From positions 806,001 through 870,000 of the forward strand of contig JBHGNT010000016.1 in the NCBI GenBank assembly GCA_043228905.1: 64,000 nucleotides of DNA, read 5' to 3'. The position numbers were made by a program, and so were the translations under genes. This DNA is from Azolla caroliniana (lineage: Eukaryota; Plantae; Polypodiophyta). Shown here piece by piece: positions 1-10,713 of this stretch. How positions within the stretch are numbered: position 1 is the stretch's first letter; each line of letters begins with the position of its first letter. Under the pieces are notes generated by a model. It did no database searches, was not told the DNA's origin, and saw only the letters and a program-made list of their open reading frames with translations.

Positions 1-675
1 TCCTAACGGTGTGATCCAATCATGAAAGGAATCGAGATAGTCTCGGAGGCGAATCCACGGATTTTTAGAGCGGACTATTGAAGCATGGGGCACAAATAGT
101 CCGAGCAATCACAAGACCCCACAAGAAAGAAGAGTGCGTGGATTGCGAGGAGAAGCAACATGTGTCACACCTAGTGGCGCATGTAAATTAGTACCACCCG
201 ACAAGAAGGACAAGCGTCGGATACAAGAATTCGAGAAGATGTTGAAAGAAGAAAACATAATAGAAGAAGGAGAGTTTGTGACTCATATTATGGAAGAAGC
301 CTCATTTAACGACACCATCAGCAAAATCGAGGACGTCGTGGACTGAGCTATCTTCACGACCAACGCGTGATTTCGGTTAGCTCCAACAACATGTACGCTA
401 TCATCGATGAATAACGTCGTGGCATCTCGATGAAGGAAGTTGACATCAACACGAAATATAAAACGGTGGATAAGAAGATCAAGCAAGTTGCTGTCGTGAT
501 ATGACACGACTCAAACCCATGACCTTAGGTTATATGGGTGGAGCTCTTGACCATTATATCATCTATTGTAATACGTAGGATATTATTTTCATTTACATTG
601 TATTATAGGAAATTAATGTATATTCCAGATTTCTCTGGAACATTTTAGAAGCTTCAGGATTACTCCTGAGAACAC

Positions 676-682
676 TATAAAA
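676..682 (+). promoter_or_regulatory. TATA box of LTR promoter
   Basis: TATAAAA inside the LTR, ~30 nt upstream of the segment complementary to the PBS. Confidence 0.55.
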
Positions 683-1022
683 GAGGGCACTAGGCATTAT
701 GTTGAACCAAATTGGTTCAACGCCAGTCTTTAGCCTCATAGCCCTTTTGTACTTACTCTTCTTATAATATATAATCTATGATCATCATCATCTCTCTCTC
801 TCTCTCTTGTCCTCGCTATCTCTCTCTCTCTCTCTCTCTCCTCTTCTCTCTTCCTCTCTTGGGAGTCTTACGCAGTCCTGTCCTCTTAGTACTAATAGTA
901 CCTCCCTTCTCTAGTACTAATCCTCTCTCTGTTTAGTACTATTCCTGACAGTTTGAACCAATTTCCCCTTCTGTCTCTCTCCCTTCATACTAATCTCTTA
1001 TTCCTCTTTTCTTTTTCATCCC

Positions 1023-1550
1023 ATGGCCACAGTTAGCGCTCAGGAATATCAATTTGTTTTCTTGGAGTTTCAATGTTTGAAAGAGAAGTTCCTTGCTTTG
1101 GAACAAGAAAATCAACGGTTGCTGGGGGATATTCAACAAATCTCCTTAGAAAAGCAACAAACGCAACAACAACATGGGGAACTTGCATTACGCGTGCAAT
1201 AACTCGAAGCAACCATCGTAGCGATGCAACAACAAGGCCTCGGAACACAAGGGATTCATAAGAAACCCAAGATTGGCCTTCCCACGAAGTTCGATGGAAC
1301 ACGATTGCAGTTTAGAGGGTTCCTTAATCAGGTACGATTAGTTATTCAAATGCATCCTTCCCGATATCCTACCGATGCATCACGTGTGGGTTTAGTAGGG
1401 ACGTTGTTAAGTGGCTCAGCGTTGGCATGGTTTGCCCCACTGTTGGAAAAGGAGTCTCCATTACTCAACAACTTTGAAGAGTTTATAGGTGAGTTTAAAG
1501 CATGCTTTGGGGATACTGACAGCATAAGGACCGCAATCAACAAAATCCGG
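1023..1550 (+). pseudogene. truncated gag (Retrotrans_gag, sushi/PEG10/Tcn1-like capsid N-terminal part)
   Basis: ATG at 1023 (MATVSAQEY...), one TAA at 1200, then PKIGLPTKFDG...FRGFLNQ...SRYPTD..RVGLVGTLLSGSALAW...FEEFI.EFK..F; cut by the inverted LTR. Confidence 0.85.
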
Positions 1551-1641
1551 AGAAGGGAGGTACTATTAGTACTAAGAGGACGAGACTGCGTAAGACTCCC
1601 GAGAGAGGAAGAGAGAAGAGGAGAGAGAGAGAGATAGCGAG

Positions 1642-1644
<3 letters not shown>

Positions 1645-1706
<62 letters not shown>
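1645..1706. repeat. (GA)n microsatellite in the inverted LTR arm
   Basis: Long pure GA run; its counterpart in the left arm (791-806) is much shorter. Confidence 0.95.
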
Positions 1707-1710
<4 letters not shown>

Positions 1711-2345
1711 GATAACAGATTATATATTATAAGAAGAGTAAGTACAAAAGGGCTATGAGGCTAAAGACTGGAGTTGAACCAATTTGGTTCAACATAATGC
1801 CTAGTGCCCTCTTTTATAGTGTTCTCAGGAGTAATCCTGAAGCTTCTAGAATGTTCCAGAGAAATCTGGAATATACATTAATTTTCTATAATAAAATGTA
1901 AATGAAAATAATATCCTACGTATTACAATAGATGATATGATGGTTAAGAGCTCGACCCATATAACCTAAGGTCATGGGTTCGAGTCTTGCCATATCATGA
2001 CAGTTGCGGTTCCGCTACCGGAAGATAGCTGGCAAAAGATGAAGGAAGTCGCTAACGATCCAAGCTTAAGAGATCCGAAGAAGATAGGTCATGTTTTCAC
2101 CAAAGAGACGAAGGGGAAGCTACGAGTTGAAGAGGAGCGAATGTTTCGCGATATGCTTGAGAGACATGGGAAGGCTTTCGCATTCTTCTCACGAGAAATC
2201 GGATTTGAAACTGATACCGGTTTCGAGAGCACACCATCCGAAGCTGATCGAGCTCTTAAAGGAGAAGGTGAGTATGGGAATTCTAGAACCGTCGAATGCT
2301 CCTTATTCCAATAGGTGGTTCACGGTACCGAAGAAGAATTGATCA

Positions 2346-3596
2346 TTGCGATTCATCCAAGATCTTCAACCTGTCAACAAGGTGACAATTCGAAATGCCG
2401 GAATCGGTCCGAGCGTGGACGAATTTGCCGAAGCGTTTGCGGGCCGGTCCATCTACTCCATTGGCGATCTCTACTCCGGATATGACCAATTCCAATTGGC
2501 GATCGATAGTCGGGACATTACAACCATGATGACTCCGATCGGGCTTGTGCGGATGTGTACCTTACCCCAAGGCGCAATGAACTCGGTGGCTCATATGATG
2601 AATGCCATGAATAAAGTCTTGAAGGATTGCATCCCAGACATCACGATGCCATTCTTGGATGATATTCCGATAAAAGGATGTTCGGATGAGGAGAAAGATG
2701 AATCGAAAGATAAGGAAGGTTGTAGAAAGTTCATTGCGGATCATATGAAAGATTGCGAGAAGGTGCTTCAAAGGCTTGAAGATGCGAATTTGACATTTTC
2801 GGGAGAAAAATCCGCATTCGGGCAACCAGAGATCTTGGTGGTAGGTCACTTGTGTGGGGCATACGGCTGGAAGCCTTCGCCATACAAAGTGAACGCGATC
2901 CAAGACATGAAAGAAGAATGTGAAAACCAAACAGAGGTTAGAAGGTTCCTTGGAGCATGCACATTTTATCATATCTGGATTCCGCACTACGCTCATGTCG
3001 CCGAACTGTTATATGGACTACTAAAGAAAATAATGAAGTTCGAATGGCGAGACAAGCACACAAATGCGATGCGAAGATTGAAGAAACTGCTTCTTGAAGC
3101 TCTGGCACTAAGGAAGGCCGACTATGCTGAAGGGAAACCGATTTACGTGACCGTAGATACGAGCCCAACCAGAATCGGGTGGGTCATCAATCAAGAAGGA
3201 GAAGATGATGCGCGATATGCCGTCCGGTTCGGAGCAAAGATTCTCAGCGAATGGCAACAAAGATATGCCCAAGTCAAGCGGGAACTTTGGGGTATTGTGT
3301 CGGTAGTGAAGACGGACAAAGATTACCTAATCGGGTCGGAAGTGATAATAGAGACAGATTGTCTCCCAATTCTCGGAATGGTCTCGGAATGTGCGACCCC
3401 AGATCTTGCTATGCTAAGGTGGATCGCCTACATCAAGTCTTTAAACCCAGAGATCCGTCACATTGAAGGGAAGAAGAACGCCATGGCTAACATGTTGTCA
3501 AGGGCAAGATTTGAAAATGGAAGCGACATGGTTTCGGAAGACGAAGATGTCGCTCTCGACTTCTTCAAGATGGCTCGATTATCGGCGGAAGACTAG
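2346..3596 (+). pseudogene. gypsy pol fragment: reverse transcriptase + RNase H
   Basis: 416-aa ORF with RT LPQG / FLDD motifs and an RNase H region, flanked by in-frame stops. Confidence 0.9.
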
Positions 3597-3674
3597 GACA
3601 CGCAAACCCTCCATGCCTTCAACGAGAATGAGTACGAAGGAGAGTGGTTACTGATCGGTAGATTCCTAAGAACA

Positions 3675-4981
3675 TTGATGGCAGATGCTTCGTTGACAAA
3701 GGAGGAGGCCCTACGAATCCGGAAGAAAGCTTACCGATACTTCTTGAAGGGAGGATTCCTTTGGCGACATCCAAAAAGAAGGACAAGAATCCCACGTCGA
3801 GTGGTGGTGAAGAAAGAAGAGCAAGAGACACTAATGATCGAATTCCACGAGAGTGCTTGGGCAGGTCATAGAGGAACATGGGCGACATTCAAAAAGTTGA
3901 AGGAAAAGTGCTGGTGGCCAAGCATGTACAAAGATGTACTCCATTTCGTGTCCACATGCGAAACTTGCCAAATATATTCAAATATATGTCATTGTGATGA
4001 GTTACAGTCGACATACCCACTCACCATACACTTCAAATGGATGGTGGATCTGGTCTCAATGCCAATGGGAGTGGGACAAATGAAGTACTTAGCGCTGGCA
4101 CGGGAAGACTTGACAAATCAAGTGGAAGGATGAGCCTTGACAAATAAGACGACTTCAACCGTTTGCAAATTTCTGCTTGAAGAGGTTGTTTGCCGATACA
4201 GATGTATGGGGAAGATAGTGGCCGATCGAGGGGAGTTGGATGCGCACGAAGTGACGGAGCTCTTCGAATGACTAGACGTGAAGCTCTCCCTCAGGACTGC
4301 CTACAATCCGGAAGCGAATGGGAAGATCGAGCGAGGGCATGAACCTATCGTTAAAGTCATTGTACGGGCATGCAACGGTCGAGTCGGGAATTGGCCACGA
4401 CTATTACCCTATGCCTTGTGGGCCGACAGAACGACACATAGCTCGGTGACAGGGTATATGCCGACGGAGCTTATGTATGGACAAAAGCCGGTAATGCCCA
4501 TCGAAAGGACAATCGCCTCATGGGTAGCGATACCGTGGGAGAACGAGATGAGGTGAGAAGATTTATTAGCGGTGCGGATAAGGCAACTTGAAAGAAGACC
4601 TGAAGATCTAGAAAAAGCGGGAAAGATGATGGAGGCAGCCGAGTAAAGAACAAAGTTCGGTTCGACAACACGCATCGACTTCGTCCCAAGAAGATTGAAG
4701 AAGGAGATTGGGTTTTGGTTTACGACAACAGCCTTGACAATCAACATAGTACAACAAGAAAGTTCGCAAGAAGATGGTTCAGGCCGTATGTGGTGACAAG
4801 TGCCAACGATAATGCCACATACCACCTTGCGGAGCTAGATGGATCAAGGTTGGCCGTACCCATTGCGGGAAAAAGAGTAAAGATTTTCAAGAAAAGACAA
4901 GACGAGAATCTTGACCTCGATCACCTCGACGATGAACATAATAGGGCGGATGTAAATGAAGACATGGAGGAATATGATTGA
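3675..4981 (+). pseudogene. gypsy integrase (disrupted)
   Basis: H-x5-GH...C-x2-C zinc finger, rve core, C-terminal RWFRPYVV...YHLAELDG region; several stops. Confidence 0.85.
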
Positions 4982-5053
4982 TCACTGTAGCCAAAATCTC
5001 ACTTTCTCTCTTCTTGGCACGTATCGGAGGACGTGCAGTTTGGTGGCGGTGGA

Positions 5054-5862
5054 TGTCGTGAAGATTTTCGGCAATGGTGCGAAAATCACATAAAACGTAC
5101 AAAATCGAGTATGAATCACATAAAACAATAATAGTGAAGTATCTAAGTACAAAATGATGGAGGTCTTCAAGAGCTTTCGAATGCACTTTATTACACGAGA
5201 AACGGACAACTAGATGTCAAGATATGAGGGAATAAAGTTTGTGAAAGGAAAAGAGAAAACCGTGAGATATCCCCATAGTTCCTAATATTCGCGTACGTCC
5301 AATTTACTGGACGTACGCGAACGTTTGCAAATGTACGCGTATGATACGCGATATTCGTTTGGCTTTTTTTGACTTTTTTTTGTCTTTTTTGGGGTTTTTT
5401 TAATTTTTGATATTCATAATTCTTTGTGAATAGAAGTGACGTCTGACACACATACACACACACACTCTCTCTCTCACACGAGAACTGACAGATTTTCTCT
5501 CTACAAAATCTAGATAATATTACACACTCCCTCACACAGACAAAACCCATAGCTTCTCTCTCTCTCTCTCTCTCTAGAGTCTAGATATACACTCAATCAC
5601 TGTCTCCTCACACATGCAAAACATGGCTTCTCTCTCTAGACCACACACGCTCTCTCTCTCTCTCTCCTCCTCACACACACACACACACGCGCGCGCGCTA
5701 TGTACACCATATACACCATATGTATATATCTATGTACCACGTATGGATTTCAATCATACTTGGCGCCTTTTCACGTATGAGTATGATACGAATATTGGCG
5801 TTTGAGTATGACACGAATGGGACGTATGGCTAGAACTATGGATATCCCACATAGGCACGACA
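5054..5862 (+). repeat. 3' LTR of the gypsy element (contains a MITE)
   Basis: TGTCGTG...CACGACA termini directly after GGTGGCGGTGGA. The 5' partner lies outside the window, so this is unverified. Confidence 0.6.
5274..5840. mobile_element. non-autonomous hAT-type DNA transposon (MITE), CATAGT family
   Basis: TIRs CATAGTTC / GAACTATG; perfect 8-bp TSD GATATCCC (5266-5273, 5841-5848); no coding capacity. Confidence 0.88.
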
Positions 5863-6128
5863 AACACGACTCTCATCATATATAAGGTAGAGCAAAAGCT
5901 ATTATCTTTATGTCTATGTGTTGAGCATAGAGAGTTCAAGGTAACTTGAACTAAGAGTGGAGGTGGCCTAGCCACTCGTAAAGGTTTTGGCCAACCAAAA
6001 CGGAACTAGACGGTAACCGGGGATCGGTGATCCGGTGGTATCGGCATCGACCGACAAACCGGCGTCATTCGGCATCCGGCAACCAAATTAATAAATAAAT
6101 ATATATCACATATATATACACAAGGAGG

Positions 6129-6190
6129 GCAAGTGAGGATTCAAACCTTGCACCTCCTAGTTAAGAGTTAGTAGGCTTACCACTAAGCCA
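6129..6190 (-). repeat. tRNA-derived (SINE-like) Pol III head
   Basis: Minus strand shows an A-box TGGCTTAGTGG and a B-box-like GGTTTGAATCC at tRNA-like spacing; no complete cloverleaf. Confidence 0.4.
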
Positions 6191-7879
6191 TGACATTTAG
6201 TTGAATTTATATTTCTATCATTATACTTTTACATGGAAATTCTCATACATGAGAGCTAAAATGAGTGACATGGTTATCATGCACCACATGTAATACATGA
6301 GCGCCAAATGGCAAACATGCATTTTATGCATGTCTTGTACCCTCACATGCATCATATCATATGCATGACAACATTTATAAAAGAAGGGATGAAAAAGAAG
6401 AAGGGTTAGGTTTTTTTTGGTTATGAAATTAAGAAGAAGAGAATTCGTTATCGAATTGATCATGTAACTTGTTTCTTAATATCTAAAATCAAGAGTTCAA
6501 TCTTAATCTCTCTCAATCTAAAGTCACGCGTTCTATTCTATCTCAAGCTCTCTCTCTCTCTCTTTCAATCTAGCTTAAGTACTTTCTTGCTAAAGCTTGC
6601 GCCAACTTCAAGTCCTTCCGGTCCAGAACCCCAGCAGTTCCACCTCACGATCCGCGCGTAGTGATGGATCTTCACGACAGTGCTCTCCCTAGCGAGAAGT
6701 AGGACCGAAACAACTTCGCATCTTGGTCATCTTGGGAGTACAAGATGCACCAATACCTTGTCGGCCAAGGCTATTGGGGTTACATCAAGGGAGCACAAGA
6801 AAACCGACCCGACCTGGAAGACGCCGACTACTCAACATGGGAGCAAGCGGTGAGTCGAGTAATGTATTGCTTGGCAACATGTGTTCATGACCACATGCTC
6901 GGTTATATTCGAGAAGCCAAGATGCCGAAGGAAGCGTGGGAAAATCTATGAAAGATTTTTGCCGCCAACACGACCACGAGGAAGCTTCAACTCCGCCTAG
7001 AGTTGAACAACATCCAACAACAGGACATGTCCATCACAAGCTAGACCTTGAGGATCAAGGAGCTTTCTGACTTGCTCGGCTCAATAAGCGTCAATGTGGA
7101 TGATGAGGAGATGGTGCAAATATGCCTCGGCGGTCTTGCAGCACGGTTCGACTCGATGAGAACCGCCGTCCTAGCAAGGGAGAATCCTCCCTCTTTCTTC
7201 GATCTTCAATCTATGTTATTGGTCGAAGAGAATCATGTTCGAACAAGGAGCAACGCCTCGGAAGGCCACATGCTCTACACACATTCGAATGGAGGAAGAG
7301 GACGCGGTCGAGCAAGAGGCCGATTCGGCCAAGGACGAGGCGGCGGACGAGGTCCGACTTACGACAACAACTCCCAAAGTCGGCAACAAGACGGAAGCCA
7401 TCGAGGAACCTTCGGAAGAAGGGGGAGCTTCCATTCCGGTTTGAGTCGACAAAACTCAATTGAATGCGGTGATTGCGGAAGAATCGGCCACCATGAAGAA
7501 GAGTGCCGAAAGACGAAGTGCGAGTCGGCTTCCACAAGCCGACAACTCACCAATTACGCCACCAACTCCGACTATGAAGATCATGGCGGAGTGTTTGTAA
7601 TGGGACATAGAGCAAATCCTATGTCCTCTTCTACTTCGACTAATGCTTCCAATCCGGAAGATGTATGGTTCGTCGACTCTGGTGCTTCGAACCATATGAC
7701 GTCCCATCAAGAATGGTTCAAAGACCTTCAAGAGCCGAATCGACCCGGTTATGTCGAGACCGGAGACGACACCACTCATCCGATTCAACATGTCGGCAAT
7801 GTCCCATTCGGGAAAGAAGGTGAACAAACTTGCATAAAAAATGTCTTACATGTACCCACCATAACGAAGAATTTGGTCC

Positions 7880-8937
7880 TTAACACGCACGGACCCGGAA
7901 TGACCATGCATAGATTATCCCTATCCATTCGGTTCGTTTTAGTGACAACATTCCTACCTTTACCACCTCCTCTCGTACCGGCGGGTGCAATTACCATGTC
8001 ATCAACCGATTGAAACTCTAATATCATCTCTTCTGACCCTGTTGGAGGAGGGGACCCTATCTTATACTAGCATCCTTCTCGGCTCCCCGGTTATCTAGAG
8101 GTTCATACTTTTATTCTGTCAGGACTTGGTATCATTAGTTATATCGTCTCCACTCTCCCCAGAAAACCTGTCTTCGGTTATTCAGGCATGGTGTATGCCA
8201 TGATCAGTATTGGAGTTCCTGGATTTACTGCTCGGGCTTATTATACGTCTACTGTAGGCTCAGACGTGGATACATGTGCCTACTTCACGGCGGCCATCAT
8301 GATTATTGTCGTGCTTATTGGAATCAAGGTTCCTAGTCGGATTGCCATCATGTGGGGAGGTTCAATATAATACAAAACACTCTTGTCATTTGCAGTAGGG
8401 TCTACTTTTCCGTTTACTATAGGAGGACTTACTGGTATAGTCTCGGCTAATTTCGGGATAGACGTTGCTCTATATGATACTTATCACGTGGCTGCATATT
8501 CCTATCATGCATTTCTTACGGGAGCTGTTTCTGCTTTATTCGTAGGGTTCTACTACCGGATAGGTAAAATGCCTGGTCTTTAATACCTAGAGACTTCGGG
8601 TTAAATTTATCTTTGGATTACTTTCCTTGGAGCGAATCTGACTCTCTCTCTCACGCATCTCCCAGGTCCTTCGGGCATGCCATGTTGCATCCCTGATTAT
8701 CCAGATGCTTACGTCGGACGGAATGCCTCAAGTAGTTTCGGCCCTTATGTTCTCGTACCGGGGATCCCTCGTTCTTTTGTAGTAGTTTTCAAAACTTCGA
8801 GCAGTGGGAACAAGTGTGCTCTAAGTCCTCGGGCTGGTGAATAGAATTCAACCCCATTCGAATGGATGGTATAAAGCCCTCCAGCTTTTCATACTTTTGG
8901 AGAACTTTTAGCTATCAGGGAAACCAGTCTTAAGTAA
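7880..8937 (+). pseudogene. cox1: nuclear copy (NUMT) of mitochondrial cytochrome c oxidase subunit 1, 3' ~two thirds, unedited
   Basis: One continuous frame reads [81 protein letters not shown]; stop TAA at 8935-8937. Deviations from conserved COX1 residues are largely C/T changes. Confidence 0.95.
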
Positions 8938-10713
8938 CCGGAACCACCGAATGGAACATGCCTGATTCCTATTTTTCGCCGCTTGTAACCTAGCCCTTAG
9001 CTGTCAGTTCTGGTTACGCAAATCACTTTGGCGTTCAGCCGCGTACCATCATCGGGTCCTCCCCAATGATAACCTTGGTGCTTGACCGGCAGAGAAAAGT
9101 GGTCTGCATCCGCAAAAGACGAGTAGATCCTGCAGCGAAGAGAACTTGAACTTTTACGCATACCAGAATACCGAAACAAACTACTACAAATAGAAGGACA
9201 ATCCATTCCGTATTAGCTTTCTTGTTCGCTACTTCGTCTTCAACTGTTCCATAGAATTAGAACAGAAACGACGTCCAACTTGCTGCATGTGTTAGGCATA
9301 TTGCTAGCGTTCATTCCGGGCCAAGATCAAGCCCAGTTCTTTAGTCAATCCCTGCCATACGAGGGAGGCAGGTTGATGATCTCTTAGTAAGTTATTAGCC
9401 AAAGCTAATAACCGTAAGCGGAACAACCACTGACAAGGCGGATCATCCTACATTCCGGATACTTTCCCGGCCGGTGCAACGGCCGAAGATGCGGAAGATA
9501 AGGGCCGGGATCCTGATAGGCCAAAGCTGCTTGCTTTTCGGAAATACTTCTTATTGTAGTTACAGTTTTGTCTGGCGGCAAGGGTCAATAGCGAAAGAGC
9601 GCTTGAAGTGCCATGGCTTTCCCTTGGCTGTTGGTGAGAATACTCCCGCCCGTCATTCGCCACTGTCGGTCGTTGCGACGACTACGGAAAAAGAAAAGTC
9701 CAATAATTGATCAAAAGGCTACTAATACGAATTGAAATAGCCTCAAAATGATGCCATCGTTTCCGCTAGAGAAATCAACGATATGACCTACATAAGTTTA
9801 CCCCCAATCGACCTGCGACCTGGATGTCATAAGATATTGGCTAGCAGTGGTTTGGTTTGCAGCATCATTTATGCATTCATTGTGGCTGAAGAAGCGGTCT
9901 ACTATAAGATCCAGCAGTGAGTTGGGCTAAGCCGTGATCCCCTTTTTGCAAAATAAAATATACCCCCTTTCCCCCCAATAATTGAGATAGTCATCGTTTT
10001 TGCTTCCAACACTATGGATGGTTAGAATGTATACAGCCTGTAGCTGTTGTACTGCTCGTAGCCCTCGTTACGTTATTTTGTGCCGCTTCATCGTTGAGTC
10101 TTCTTGCCCAACCTTTTCGTTAGTAGTGTTTGCAGTAATGGGTGTAATCTCCCGCCAGGTCTCCGGTTTCACTTCCGCTGCTGTAATGACATGTGCCCAT
10201 TCTTCCGCCCGCGCAAGCAAGCAAGCAAGCAAGCAAGAAGGGGAACTCCAAAGAGGCAAAGAATTAGCAATGCCCACAGCCTCGGTAGCGTAGCAAGATC
10301 TTCCAGTGAGTGTTGAATAAGCAAAATATACGAGGCCATTGGACCTCATCAAACTCTTTTGCGACACCTTTTCGTTTGACTAAACAAATAAGCGAGACCG
10401 TGCTGCTGCTGCGTGGGACCTCAAACAGTTGCCTGATACTTCAGGCGTGTAAATAAGAAAATCCAAATAACAATTGTTACGTTTATAGCCTATAACTGGC
10501 TTGATCCGGCTTTCTTTCTTGGGCGAGGCCCGAAAGAAAAGAAAAGAAAAGAAAAGAAGCCGTTTAAAGTCTGACAGACTGTAAAAGAGTAAGTATTAGC
10601 CATGGTGATTCTATTTTGTTCTTCTTAATATATTAAAAGTTATTACTTCGGAAACGGTAGAGCCTCTAGCAAGCCGGTGGTGCAAGCGAATAAGGTGAAT
10701 GGGACCCTACTTT
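7880..10713. other. ~2.8 kb insertion of probable mitochondrial DNA (cox1 plus downstream non-coding sequence)
   Basis: The copia peptide KNVLHVPTITKNLV stops at ~7879 and resumes as SIGSIVEQGMQVRF at ~10714. A mitochondrial origin for 8938-10713 is inferred from contiguity with cox1. Confidence 0.75.

Larger units (their letters stand above)
492..2002 (+). mobile_element. Non-autonomous chromovirus-like retroelement with inverted LTR arms (LTR 492-950, PBS, gag 5' half, inverted LTR copy 1550-2002)
   Basis: 1550-2002 is the reverse complement of 492-911. Termini are TGTC...GACA. 5-bp TSD GTTGC at 487-491 and 2003-2007. Internal gag fragment. Confidence 0.9.
1..5862 (+). mobile_element. Ty3/gypsy LTR retrotransposon, 3' part (decayed pol: RT, RNase H, integrase; PPT; 3' LTR), interrupted at 492-2002 and 5274-5840
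   Basis: RT motifs (FIQDLQPVNK, GDLYSGYDQF, LPQG, PFLDD) and RNase H (VTVDTS, IETDCLP) in ORF 2346-3596. Integrase HHCC and core (AYNPEANGKIERGH) in 3675-4981, broken by stops and frameshifts. The frame YKTVDKKIKQVA|VPLPEDSW rejoins across the 492-2002 insert. A purine-rich tract precedes TGTCGTG at 5054, and the matching CACGACA ends at 5862. Confidence 0.9.

Noticed and set aside
492-2002. Interpretation as a DIRS element or a Mutator/foldback DNA transposon
   Set aside because: No tyrosine recombinase or transposase is present. The arm is a TATA-containing LTR followed by a PBS and gag, and the 5-bp TSD with TG..CA ends fits an LTR integrase rather than the ~9-bp Mutator TSD.
5975-6090. 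CCGG/ATCGG-rich stretch resembling a DNA-transposon subterminal region
   Set aside because: No partner TIR or TSD found.
7880-8937. Functional nuclear cox1 gene, or the window being mitochondrial DNA
   Set aside because: The 5' third of cox1 is missing and the copy needs organellar editing. The window also holds spliceosomal-intron genes and nested nuclear transposons.
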